This document shows positions 39,254-48,853 of a DNA stretch of 64,000 nucleotides, piece by piece. Made by a program: the position numbers and the translations under genes. Every line of letters begins with the position of its first letter. The first letter of the stretch is position 1. The notes beneath the pieces are model-generated. The model was given only the letters and a program-made list of their open reading frames with translations, did no database searches and was not told the origin of the DNA. Source of the stretch: Alphaproteobacteria bacterium (lineage in GTDB: Bacteria; Pseudomonadota; Alphaproteobacteria; SP197); NCBI GenBank assembly GCA_965200745.1, contig CBDAUZ010000002.1, forward strand, positions 199,165 to 263,164, in the 5' to 3' direction.

Positions 39254-41130
39254 AATCCATTCCTCCTTGGTTGAAGTCCCGGGTTTCCCGGATCCTTGTG
39301 TCGCGTTCCGAGATACGCCTCGATGACATCCGGGTTCGATTGTGTCTCCTGGGGCGTACCAGACGCAATGACTTGCCCCTTGTTCAGTACGACAACGCGA
39401 TCACACAAGCGCATGATCAGGCGCAAGTCATGATCAACGACGAGTAATCCCAGGTGACGCTTTGCCCTCAGGGCAAAGAGTATATCAAGCAGTTCATCCG
39501 ATTCAGCGTCGTTCATGCCTGCTGCAGGCTCATCCAACAGAAGATATCTTGGATCCAGTGCGAGTGCGCGGGCGATTTCCAGACGACGCTGTGATCCATA
39601 GGCAAGCGTACCGGCGCGCCGCTCCCCATACGAACTGATGCCGAGTTCGCCAAGCAGCGCATCGGTGCGTTCCTCGAGGACGGCAGTCGAGTACTTCTTT
39701 CCACCCGCAGCAAGCGCTGCCGTGACGTTTTCGCGACAAGTCAGGTTTTCGAACAGCCTGACATTCTGGAATGTCCGGCCCAGGCGGCGGCGCGCGATCA
39801 GATGTGTGTCGAGTCCTGTCACGTCCGCATCGTCCAGCAGAACGCGTCCGGACGAGAGATCCAGCGCACCGGAAATGCACCCCAACAGGGTGGTCTTTCC
39901 GGAACCGTTCGGTCCGATCAGACCGAGAATCTCACCGCACTGGAGCGTCAGGCTGACGTCGTCCACGGCGCGAACGCCCCCGAAGTTCTTTGCGACATGT
40001 TCAATCCTGAGGGATCCGCTCCGTACACCGGTTCCCACCGTTTCCTGCAGAGTCCCGGAAACCGGTACAGGCGCGCGCTTGCGCCAGGCCTCGGGAAGAA
40101 ACTCCTCGATTTCACGAAATCCGAGCAGACCGTTTCGTCGCCAGACAAAAACCGCAATGATCGCAAGACTGAGTCCGATGTCCGTCAAGCCGAAGACCGT
40201 CGGTTCGTCAAAGTAGGTGGTGTTGATCGTCTCTTCGGCACCGCGCAACACTTCGATCAGGACCGTGACGAGAACTGCGCCCGCGACAGCCCCCGTAACA
40301 CTGGACATACCGCCGACAATGAGCATCACCAGCATTGCGAACGTGATCTGGAAATAGAACTCGCGCGGCGAATAGACGCCCAGGTAATGCGCAAGAAGCA
40401 CGCCGGCGACCGCGGCAATTGCCGCACTGATTGTCCATGAAACAAGGCGTTCCCTTTGGACGTCGACGCCGATGGCGCGCGCGCCCGCCTCGTCCTCGCG
40501 TGCGGCACGCAACCTGAGGCCGGAACGGGAGTCCCTGTAGAATCGCGCAGCCAGGAGGGCAAGGATGAGAAAGACAAGTGCAACGGGAATATCGACAGTC
40601 TTCGGAACGCCGATCAGCGCCTGGCTCCCGCGGGTGAAATCCCGCGCACCCACAACCACGCCATAGGCGATGATGAGGAGACCAAGCGTCGCAATCGCAG
40701 CCGAGGCGCCACCAAGGCGACTGATCGGAATGCCAACCAGGAAACCCAGAACGGTCACGATCGCCACAGCGATCATCCCGGCGACAAGGAAATGCAGTTC
40801 GACAGTCGCCAGCCAAGGGGGAAGATCCGCCAGAAAGAAGGCCTTCTGCTGGACCGGAATCGTCAGGACACCGGTGATATGTGCAGCAATTCCCATGAAT
40901 GCCGCATGCCCGAAACTCAGAATTCCCGAGTTGCCGGTGAATACGCATACGGCAATGACCGCGGTCGAGAGCACCAGCCAGTGAGTCACTGTACCCTGGA
41001 GGGCAGCACCGGCTGTTGTCCAGAACACCATCGCAATGACGACAATCGGAACGAGCAGTACGACGCAGCCAAACAGTGCGTTTCGGGTGACATCGATGCC
41101 GGACATCAGCTCCGTTACTGGAAGTCGCAT
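39250..41130 (-). CDS. Fused ABC permease (LivM-like) and ATP-binding (LivG-like) protein.
   Basis: 626 aa. N-terminal polytopic permease; C-terminal ATPase with Walker A GPNGSGKTT, LAYGSQRRLEIARAL, LLLDEPAAGM. Confidence 0.85.
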   Translation of the reverse strand: MRLPVTELMSGIDVTRNALFGCVVLLVPIVVIAMVFWTTAGAALQGTVTHWLVLSTAVIAVCVFTGNSGILSFGHAAFMGIAAHITGVLTIPVQQKAFFLADLPPWLATVELHFLVAGMIAVAIVTVLGFLVGIPISRLGGASAAIATLGLLIIAYGVVVGARDFTRGSQALIGVPKTVDIPVALVFLILALLAARFYRDSRSGLRLRAAREDEAGARAIGVDVQRERLVSWTISAAIAAVAGVLLAHYLGVYSPREFYFQITFAMLVMLIVGGMSSVTGAVAGAVLVTVLIEVLRGAEETINTTYFDEPTVFGLTDIGLSLAIIAVFVWRRNGLLGFREIEEFLPEAWRKRAPVPVSGTLQETVGTGVRSGSLRIEHVAKNFGGVRAVDDVSLTLQCGEILGLIGPNGSGKTTLLGCISGALDLSSGRVLLDDADVTGLDTHLIARRRLGRTFQNVRLFENLTCRENVTAALAAGGKKYSTAVLEERTDALLGELGISSYGERRAGTLAYGSQRRLEIARALALDPRYLLLDEPAAGMNDAESDELLDILFALRAKRHLGLLVVDHDLRLIMRLCDRVVVLNKGQVIASGTPQETQSNPDVIEAYLGTRHKDPGNPGLQPRRNGL

Positions 41131-41502
41131 GACCTATGTCTTTCCGGCCCGGTTACGCAAAACGATGTCCTTTCAGTCCATAGCCCGGATTGCGTGACAA
41201 AATCCAGTTTCGACAGCGTCACTCAACCACGGACTCCCGGCGGCGACAACCTTGCCGCATCGGGCAAACCGGGTTGCTCAACGATACCCGACCGGCTTCA
41301 CGCGGAGTCAGTGGTGCTCCACAGGGGATCGTCGAATCATGCGCGTCCGATGGACGCACGCAGTCTGCGTATCCCTGTTTGCGATCCGTCGACCGGATTT
41401 CTGTTCGGGTTCAATTGTCCCGATTGCATGTGTTGACGCTGCATGCCCTGCTGCAAGATAGTGCCAACCGCATGGCATTTCTGCGACCTGAACGGTGATT
41501 CA

Positions 41503-42822
41503 ATGGCAATGAGCAACCTTATCAACCTTGTGTGGAACGATCTCGTCGGGATTACCCGGACGCGCGGTGTCATTGACGACGAGTTTCACCGTTTCAGGAC
41601 CCATGGACTGGGCTGGGCCATGGCCGGACAGTCTCTGACGCCTTTCGAGGATATTGCCGATAATCCGTGGGGGCCCATGGGAGAGGTTCGTCAGGTTCCC
41701 GATGAATCCACGATGATCGACATCGAGGTTCATTATGATCAGCCCATGTTGCGCCTCGTGTTCTGTGACAGCATGACCGCGGACGGCGAGCCATGGGAAT
41801 GTTGCACCCGCAGCTTTCTCAAACGCGCTTTGCACGATTTCAGGAATGAAACCGGGTTCGATCTACTCATCGCCTACGAGAATGAGTTTTCGCTGGTTGA
41901 CGAATTCGGCAAGCCGCGATGGGCGTCGCCTTTTTCACTGGATTCAATTCGGCTCGTTTCAAGGTTTGTCGAGGATTGCATCTACGCCTTGAAAGATGCC
42001 AGGGTCGGGCTGGAGACATTTGAACCCGAATATGGAGTCGGACAGTACGAGGTCAGTTGCGCTCCCGCAATCGGTGTTGCCGGTGCCGATCGCGTCATCA
42101 TCACGCGCGAGGTGATCCGCGACATGGCGCGGGTCGCAGGAGCCGTTGCAACCTTCAGTCCCAAACCGACTGCCGATGGCGTTGGAAACGGCTGTCATCT
42201 TCACATGAGTTTCCGTGACGCCCACGGTGGTAACGCGACAGTCGACGAGTCTCGTCCCGGTCATCTGAGCCGGGTCGCAGAACAGTTCGTTTCCGGCATT
42301 CAGAAACACATGAACGCATTGCTCGCGTTCACCGCACCCTCACCTGTTTCCTATCTCAGACTCGGGCCGCATCACTGGTCTTGCGGGTACAATGCGGTGG
42401 GCGTCCAGAACCGCGAAGCAGCGATCAGGATCTGTACATCACCTGGGCGGGCACCGGCCGAACGAAGCGCATCATACAATCTGGAGTTTCGGGCAACCGA
42501 TGCGACAGCCAGTCCCTATCTCACGATTGGAGTCCTCGTACGCGCAGGACTTGAAGGCATTCGTGCCAACCTGCCGGCACCCCGTCTGATCGAACAGGAC
42601 CCGGATGCGTTCAGTCCTGCCGAACGGGAGAAACTCGGGATCACCGCTCTGCCGGACGGACTCGAAATCGCGCTTGATGCGTTCCGGAATGACACGGTGG
42701 TCAGCAGCTGGTTCACACCGACAATGCGTGAAGCGTATCTGGCATTGAAGGAAACCGAAAAGGACATGGCTATCCGTCAGGATCCGTCGACAATTTGTGA
42801 AAGATATATCTGTGCCTACTGA
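41503..42822 (+). CDS. Glutamine-synthetase-family ligase (GS-like, second copy).
   Basis: GS catalytic-domain segments (YENEFSLV, GCHLHMSF, NREAAIRI...). Start at MAMSNLINLVW (ATG 41503); the ORF track starts at 41443. Confidence 0.8.
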   Translation: MAMSNLINLVWNDLVGITRTRGVIDDEFHRFRTHGLGWAMAGQSLTPFEDIADNPWGPMGEVRQVPDESTMIDIEVHYDQPMLRLVFCDSMTADGEPWECCTRSFLKRALHDFRNETGFDLLIAYENEFSLVDEFGKPRWASPFSLDSIRLVSRFVEDCIYALKDARVGLETFEPEYGVGQYEVSCAPAIGVAGADRVIITREVIRDMARVAGAVATFSPKPTADGVGNGCHLHMSFRDAHGGNATVDESRPGHLSRVAEQFVSGIQKHMNALLAFTAPSPVSYLRLGPHHWSCGYNAVGVQNREAAIRICTSPGRAPAERSASYNLEFRATDATASPYLTIGVLVRAGLEGIRANLPAPRLIEQDPDAFSPAEREKLGITALPDGLEIALDAFRNDTVVSSWFTPTMREAYLALKETEKDMAIRQDPSTICERYICAY

Positions 42823-43987
42823 TCATCCGGAGACGGATGTCGGGATCGACCTGATCGATCATCACTGTCATGGAGTCGTCACACACGATCTGGAACATGA
42901 CGCCTTCGAGCAATTGCTCAGCGAAAGCTACCGTCCACCGCCTGCGGGTACATCGCAGTTTGACAAGCCTCTCGGTCTCATGGTGCGCCGGTATTGCGCA
43001 CCACTGCTGGATCTTGAACCGCTGGTGTCAGGTCAACGATATGTGGAGCGCCGGCGCGAACTTGGTGCATTGGAGGTCAACCGCCGACTGCTGAGGGACT
43101 GCGGACTTGCCTGCCTTGTCGTTGATACCGGTCATCGCGGTGGCGAAATCGCCGATGTGCCGGAAATGTCCGACTTGAGCGCCAAACCGGCATTCGAGGT
43201 CGTTCGCATCGAAGCTGTGGCTGAAGAGGTGAAACGGAACGGGGCGACGGCTGAATCGTTTGCACGGGATTTTGCTGACGAGCTCGATAGGCGGTCCGTC
43301 CATGCCGCCGGTCTGAAAACCATCGCCGCGTATCGCGTTACATTCCGCATTGATCAGACAGCACCAACCGAAACGGAAGTTTCCCGTGGTATCGAGGACT
43401 GGTACCGGAAGTGCGACGAACACGGTGCCGTACGTATGGACAACGTCGACCTTGTCCGTTTCGGACTCTGGCGTGGTGCCGAGTTATGTCAGGACAGGAA
43501 ATTTCCCCTGCAAATTCATGTCGGATTCGGCGATCCGGACATCTACATGCAGGCATGCGACCCGACCTGCTTCACGGATTTTCTTCGAAGCATGGAGGAA
43601 CTCGGTGTCGATTGCACTCTCCTGCACAACTACCCGTTTCAGCGTCAGGCAGCCTGGCTCGCGGAAATATTCCGCAACGTCTATTTTGATGTCGGTGTGA
43701 TCCTGAACTTTGCCGGACCCCAGGCTCAATCAGTCATGGGTGAGGGCCTGGAGATCGGGCCGTTCTTCAAACAACTCTACAGTTCCGATGCGTTCGGCCT
43801 CGCCGAACTGTACTACCTCGGCCAATTCCAGTTCCGGCGCACGCTCAAGGCGTGTCTCGACAGCTGGATTGCCAACGACATGTGCAACACCCGCGAAGCG
43901 GACCGAATCGTCGCGATGATTGCGCGTGGAAACGCGATGCGCATCTATGACCAAAGCCTCGGGGACCTGAATGCTGGTCATACCTGA
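42797..43987 (+). CDS. Metal-dependent amidohydrolase-superfamily protein (amidohydrolase_2-like TIM barrel).
   Basis: N-terminal IDHHCHG (H-x-H metal ligands), later His/Asp positions. Start overlaps the 3' end of the GS-like gene, so the exact start is uncertain. Confidence 0.7.
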   Translation: MKDISVPTDHPETDVGIDLIDHHCHGVVTHDLEHDAFEQLLSESYRPPPAGTSQFDKPLGLMVRRYCAPLLDLEPLVSGQRYVERRRELGALEVNRRLLRDCGLACLVVDTGHRGGEIADVPEMSDLSAKPAFEVVRIEAVAEEVKRNGATAESFARDFADELDRRSVHAAGLKTIAAYRVTFRIDQTAPTETEVSRGIEDWYRKCDEHGAVRMDNVDLVRFGLWRGAELCQDRKFPLQIHVGFGDPDIYMQACDPTCFTDFLRSMEELGVDCTLLHNYPFQRQAAWLAEIFRNVYFDVGVILNFAGPQAQSVMGEGLEIGPFFKQLYSSDAFGLAELYYLGQFQFRRTLKACLDSWIANDMCNTREADRIVAMIARGNAMRIYDQSLGDLNAGHT

Positions 43988-44056
43988 TGAAACGCATCCA
44001 TCTCCCTGGCTTCAGTCATCCACGTTCACCAGACAACGGGGCCAATAGCGTAACGT

Positions 44057-44995
44057 TCAGGTTTCTTCGTCAGGGTCTTCAAGAACGGCCTGAAGTTCAT
44101 TCCATTTTCGGGTGGAAAGACCACTTGCCTGCTGGGAAACAGTTTCTCCCTTGATCATCCTTCGTATGACGTCCAACTGTTGCGCCGTCAGCTCGGCACC
44201 ATCGAGTTTTGCGTCTTCAAATGCGGCAAAAGCCAGAGGCACCCATGCCCGCACGGTTTCCATCATAGCCTGTGCATAGCATCGTATCTCATATTGCGCA
44301 TGAGGATCCGCGCGTAACGACAGGAATTGAAAAAGATTATGTAGATCTGTCTTCCAATACCACTGGGTATAGATGTTGACAGGCAGGTTCATCCGGGCGA
44401 GTTCACGCGCCAGTCCGCGTCGCGAGTCATCCCGATGCGGACCCTCGTTCAGCATCTGCTCGTAGTGGTCGTACGCGGTCGCCGCATCCTGCCGTAACAT
44501 GTCGAGGACCCACCGCGCCTCGTCGTTCGCAAGAACATCACCGCGTCCCTGGCGGTTCTGGGACGTCTGCGCGGCAAGATTCTCCGGTTTCGGCACATAG
44601 AATTCCCGGTCAAGGATCGAATAGCGTGCAGAGTACTCGTTGACGTTTGCGGTACGGTGCCTGATCCACTGGCGCGCAACAAAAACCGGCAGCTTTACGT
44701 GGTACTTGATCTCGCACATTTCGAATGGCGTCGAATGACGATGTCGCATGAGGTAGTCGATGAGCGCTGCATCGCCTCTGAGTGATTTTGTACCTCGGCC
44801 ATATGAGACACGCGCAGCCTGCACAATTGCAGCGTCGTTGCCCATGTAATCGACAACACGTATGAACCCATGATCAAGGACCGGTATCGCCGTATGCAGG
44901 ATCTTCTCCAGTTCCGGACTGCACGTACGTGCGGTCTGCGAGGTTTCCGCGCGCTGTTCGGCGATCTCACCTTGCTGTTCAGCGGTCAGTCGCAT
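44057..44995 (-). CDS. thyX: Flavin-dependent thymidylate synthase ThyX.
   Basis: ThyX motif [15 protein letters not shown] (RHR-x7-S) and [15 protein letters not shown]. Start chosen at MRLTAEQQ (ATG 44995); the ORF track gives 45067. Confidence 0.9.
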   Translation of the reverse strand: MRLTAEQQGEIAEQRAETSQTARTCSPELEKILHTAIPVLDHGFIRVVDYMGNDAAIVQAARVSYGRGTKSLRGDAALIDYLMRHRHSTPFEMCEIKYHVKLPVFVARQWIRHRTANVNEYSARYSILDREFYVPKPENLAAQTSQNRQGRGDVLANDEARWVLDMLRQDAATAYDHYEQMLNEGPHRDDSRRGLARELARMNLPVNIYTQWYWKTDLHNLFQFLSLRADPHAQYEIRCYAQAMMETVRAWVPLAFAAFEDAKLDGAELTAQQLDVIRRMIKGETVSQQASGLSTRKWNELQAVLEDPDEET

Positions 44996-45098
44996 TCGGA
45001 AGTTTCCGTGTTGGCCCGAACAGGTTGATGCGCAAACAACCCCGGTTTCGACGCCGGGATTGGACAACTGCTATCCGGGTGAATGCCAAAAATTGATA

Positions 45099-45995
45099 TC
45101 AACATCTTCTGAAGTACTCGTTTCTGTGCCAGCGGACATATACGGGGTCGGGCGTCCACTCCGGACGCCTTGGTGAACGTATCGGTTCTCCTGTCAAACC
45201 CAGCAAGGTTTCTCGCGAATCTCCCTGCACGCTATCGGATACGAGGACGGTGTAGTCACTTTGGTGCTTTTCAAGGCTGATCGCACCGGCATCGAATGCC
45301 TTGTGGTGCAGAACACACAATGCCAGTCCGTTGTTGTTCGTATCAGGTCCATTGTCGCAAACAGGCTTGATATGTGCCGCCTCCAGCGAAAAAAATTCTG
45401 AATCGATGCTCAGGTCAAGGCCGCAAATTGCACAGGATGCGCGATAGGCATCGAGTATCCTGTCGCGAAAATCACTGCTGCGTCGAAGCACTGTGCGACG
45501 ATACCGCATCGGGCTGATTTCCCGATTGAATCCCACGTCGCTCAGGATCCGTTCGTGCCAGGTCTCCGGAAAGAACCTCTCGAGAAGATGGTCCACAACC
45601 TCTGCGACCAGACTGACGTCGTTTTGCAGCATCTCATGGACCTCGATCGGTAAACCACCCGCGACATGGTGTTCTTTCATTTGCGGAACACTGAAAGTGC
45701 CATCGCTCAGAACCTTCAGGTTATCGCACCCTGGTACATCCCAAAGGGAATCGGAACGAAGAAACGAGAATGGAAACTGCGGGCGTCTTCTTGAAGCAAT
45801 ACGCGGGCCGAATTTATTCAGTAGAGATTCCAGCGGTTGCTCCATCTCGGCGTAACGCACAAGTCTATCGGCGCCGTCCTGGAGTTTTGCCAACATGTAT
45901 AGAAGGAGCAGCGCCTTGTGTGGGCTTCGCCTTCCTTTCCGCGTATGAGGATTGAGGTTTTTGAACCGCTCCAGAACTTCCGCTCGATCCATCAT
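45099..45995 (-). CDS. HNH-endonuclease-family protein with an N-terminal DNA-recognition-like domain (possible stand-alone modification-dependent / type IV restriction nuclease).
   Basis: Complete HNH motif CAICGLDL...LEAAHIKP...NNNGLALCVLHHKAFD (C-x2-C, His, Asn, HH). The N-terminal PHKALLLLYMLAKL segment resembles the DNA-binding domains that precede HNH in such nucleases. Local GC (~50%) is lower than the surroundings. Confidence 0.7.
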   Translation of the reverse strand: MMDRAEVLERFKNLNPHTRKGRRSPHKALLLLYMLAKLQDGADRLVRYAEMEQPLESLLNKFGPRIASRRRPQFPFSFLRSDSLWDVPGCDNLKVLSDGTFSVPQMKEHHVAGGLPIEVHEMLQNDVSLVAEVVDHLLERFFPETWHERILSDVGFNREISPMRYRRTVLRRSSDFRDRILDAYRASCAICGLDLSIDSEFFSLEAAHIKPVCDNGPDTNNNGLALCVLHHKAFDAGAISLEKHQSDYTVLVSDSVQGDSRETLLGLTGEPIRSPRRPEWTPDPVYVRWHRNEYFRRC

Positions 45996-46597
45996 GCGTC
46001 AAATCTTACGGCACGGCAGGCAAGATTGCCTATAGGTCCAACGATCGGACTTGTGAAAACGACCGATGCCGTGTGTTCGTTTCGTGGCCAACCGGACGGA
46101 TCGCCGCAAGGGTCACGCAACGACCCGAACGGAATTCAACCGACGATCTGCTTGTTCCCGTTATCAAACTGACAAGACCAGCCAGCCGATTGCCAGAGAA
46201 CCGGCTCATACACGATCGGGTTCGCGTCGTTGATTGGAGGAATCAATAGCTGGAAACCACCCTTGATACCCTGAGCGCTGCGCGTGCCATCTCGGCATCT
46301 GGTGTTGTGCGACAACAAGCCGAGGCTATCGCAAGCGCAATCGGCGACGTGAATTGAAAACATCCACGAGCGTCGCAACGGTCAGGGCCGACATTTCGGT
46401 CCTTGGATCGGACGTTGCTTTCCTTGAATGGGTCGGCGGGTTCAACATCGTTCTCTCACTTGCAGTCTTGATGATTGTCGCTACAGAACGCCTTCGAGAA
46501 TTCGACCAGGTCACGTGATCAGTTCTGAAACCACGAACCGTAAGCATGTCGAAACGCGCCATTCTGTTGCCTATCTGCCACCAATGGTTTAGATAAG

Positions 46598-46868
46598 GGT
46601 TGTCCGATTCATCGGACTATGGCGATAAACGCAGTACGGAATAGACGTTACGGACGCGGGGGCAGTACCCGCCGCCTCCACCAGTAATCTGAGGGGGCGA
46701 TACAGGTTCGACGTGCGTGGTAAAGGTCCTGTTTTTGCCCGGCATGATACCGCCGTTATCGGGTCAAAATCACAATCGCCAACGATAACGAGGCGTACGC
46801 TCTCGCTGCTTAAGCGGAAAGCGCGGTTCGGAGGGCACCGGGCAACAGAAGCCCTCCATGATTTCGCG
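46598..46868 (+). ncRNA. ssrA: tmRNA (ssrA), circularly permuted two-piece alphaproteobacterial type. Acceptor piece about 46598-46683, short linker, coding piece from about 46693; boundaries approximate.
   Basis: T-arm plus 3' acceptor strand ...GGACGCGGGGGCAGTACCCGCCGCCTCCACCA (ends 46683). The 5' acceptor strand GGGGGCGAUACAGGUUCGACG restarts at 46693, giving a G3:U pair with the 3' strand. Tag reading frame GCC AAC GAT AAC GAG GCG TAC GCT CTC GCT GCT TAA (46778-46813) encodes ANDNEAYALAA. Confidence 0.65.
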
Positions 46869-46885
46869 GAAGGAGCCGACAACCG

Positions 46886-47350
46886 ATGGACTACCGCGTA
46901 CTGGTCGAGGAAGCGCTTCGCGGTGTGATGATCCAGGCCCTGCGTCAGGTCGAACATCATGGACTTTCCGGAGAACATCACTTTTTCATTACATTTCGCA
47001 CCGACTATCCCGGCACCGGAATCAGCAAGGATCTCAAGGCGCGCTATCCCGAGGAAATTACAATCGTCCTGCAGAACCAGTTCTGGGGACTGAGAACTGA
47101 CTCCTCCGGTTTTTCTGTCAGTCTGTCCTTCAGTCGCAAGCCGCAGACCCTGCGTATCCCCTATGATGCCGTGACGTCATTTGTTGATCCCAGTGTCTCG
47201 TTTGCACTGCGGTTTGATTCCCATGGTGAAAGTGCGGACGAACAGATCGAAAGTCCCGGTTCAGGCAGCGTTGGTGTGGAACCTGTGGCGGTGAAAAGTC
47301 CCGATGAAACCTCCAAGGTCATATCGCTCGACGCATTTCGAAAGAAATAG
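46886..47350 (+). CDS. sspB: SspB-family ClpXP adaptor (stringent starvation protein B, alpha-type) for ssrA-tagged substrates.
   Basis: 154 aa. YRVLVEEALRGV...HHFFITFRTDYPGTGIS...YPEEITIVLQNQF...FSVSLSF...PYDAVTSFVDPSVSFALRF is the SspB fold pattern. AAGGAG SD. Directly downstream of ssrA. Confidence 0.75.
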   Translation: MDYRVLVEEALRGVMIQALRQVEHHGLSGEHHFFITFRTDYPGTGISKDLKARYPEEITIVLQNQFWGLRTDSSGFSVSLSFSRKPQTLRIPYDAVTSFVDPSVSFALRFDSHGESADEQIESPGSGSVGVEPVAVKSPDETSKVISLDAFRKK

Positions 47351-47450
47351 CTTCACTCCGCCGGCCGTCTCATCATCATCGGTTTTCGTTCCGCGCGTTT
47401 AGAGCGCCGTCACCCGACAGTTCAGAAACAGACATCAAGGTGAAACAGCC

Positions 47451-48851
47451 ATGAGCGAATTCCGGGTCGAAAATGACACTCTTGGTGACGTCAACGTACC
47501 GGCGGACCGGTACTGGGGCGCACAGACGCAGCGTTCACTGGAGAACTTCAGGATCGGTGGCACTGCAGAGCGTATGCCACCACCGCTGATCTGCGCCTAC
47601 GGCTGCGTCAAACTGGCCGCCGTGCGAACCAACGCAAAGGCTGGAAGAATTTCCGGCACGTTGGCAGCAGCCATCGAACAGGCCGCACACGAAGTCATGG
47701 AAGGTCGTCTCATGGACCACTTTCCACTTGTTGTCTGGCAAACCGGTTCGGGAACGCAAACAAACATGAACGTCAACGAAGTCATCGCCAATCGTGCGAT
47801 CGAACTTCTCGGCGGCATTCCGGGCTCGAAAGATCCGGTTCACCCGAACGATCACGTGAACATGAGCCAGTCGTCGAATGACAGTTTTCCGACCGCCATG
47901 CATATCGCTGTGACAAGTGAGATCACGGACCGGCTCCTGCCATCTCTGGACCGGCTGCATGGCGCCCTGGCGGAGCGCGCACATGCGTTCCGGGAAATCG
48001 TGAAAATCGGCCGGACTCACCTGCAGGACGCCGTGCCTCTCACACTCGGTCAGGAGTTTTCAGGGTATGCACGGCAGGTCGAACTCGCGATCGCGCGGGT
48101 CCATACTGCAATGCCAACCTTGCTCGAACTCGCCATGGGCGGAACGGCTGTCGGTACGGGACTGAACAGCCCCGGCAGTTTCGGAAAGGACTTTGCCGAT
48201 GAGGTTGCAAACATCCGGGGAATTCCGTTTGTCACGGCAGTCAACAAATTCGAGGCGCTGGCCGCCCACGATGCATGTGTCGCGGTCTCGGGTGTACTGA
48301 ATGTCATCGCAGTCAGTCTCAACAAGATCGCCAACGACATACGTCTGCTCGGTTCCGGTCCACGCAGCGGTATTGGCGAGCTCGTGCTCCCGGCTAACGA
48401 ACCGGGAAGTTCAATCATGCCCGGAAAGGTCAATCCGACCCAGTGTGAAGCGCTGACAATGGTCTGTGCCGAAGTCATGGGCAACCACACGGCCGTGACG
48501 ATCGCCGGTGCGCAGGGCCATTTCGAACTGAACGTGTTCAAGCCCGTCATCGTGTTCAACGTACTGCGCTCGATCAGGTTGCTGTCCGATGCAATGGAGA
48601 GCTTCGCAGACCGATGCGTCAGCGGAATTCAGGCTGATGAATCCCGTGTTTCAGAGATGATGCAGCGGTCATTGATGCTCGTCACCGCCCTCAACCCGCA
48701 TGTCGGATACGACAATGCGGCACGGATCGCAAAAAAGGCACATGCAGACGGAACGACGCTGAAAGAGGCCGCGGGTTCCCTGGGACTGGTCACTGAAGAG
48801 GAATTCGACCGCCTGGTCGTACCGGCAGACATGGTCAGCCCCGGGGACTAG
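47451..48851 (+). CDS. fumC: Class II fumarate hydratase.
   Basis: 466 aa. [16 protein letters not shown] signature and conserved N-terminus [29 protein letters not shown]. Confidence 0.95.
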   Translation: MSEFRVENDTLGDVNVPADRYWGAQTQRSLENFRIGGTAERMPPPLICAYGCVKLAAVRTNAKAGRISGTLAAAIEQAAHEVMEGRLMDHFPLVVWQTGSGTQTNMNVNEVIANRAIELLGGIPGSKDPVHPNDHVNMSQSSNDSFPTAMHIAVTSEITDRLLPSLDRLHGALAERAHAFREIVKIGRTHLQDAVPLTLGQEFSGYARQVELAIARVHTAMPTLLELAMGGTAVGTGLNSPGSFGKDFADEVANIRGIPFVTAVNKFEALAAHDACVAVSGVLNVIAVSLNKIANDIRLLGSGPRSGIGELVLPANEPGSSIMPGKVNPTQCEALTMVCAEVMGNHTAVTIAGAQGHFELNVFKPVIVFNVLRSIRLLSDAMESFADRCVSGIQADESRVSEMMQRSLMLVTALNPHVGYDNAARIAKKAHADGTTLKEAAGSLGLVTEEEFDRLVVPADMVSPGD

Positions 48852-48853
48852 AC

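Noticed and set aside
40208-41436. 246-aa (-) and 326-aa (+) ORFs
   Set aside because: Alternative-frame or antisense ORFs inside the LivM/G fusion gene. Cys/Arg-rich nonsense typical of a high-GC off-frame.
46589-46981. 130-aa (-) ORF 46589..46981 and 71-aa (+) ORF 46713..46928
   Set aside because: Both overlap the structured tmRNA (ssrA). The region is RNA-coding, and sspB starts at 46886 on the + strand.
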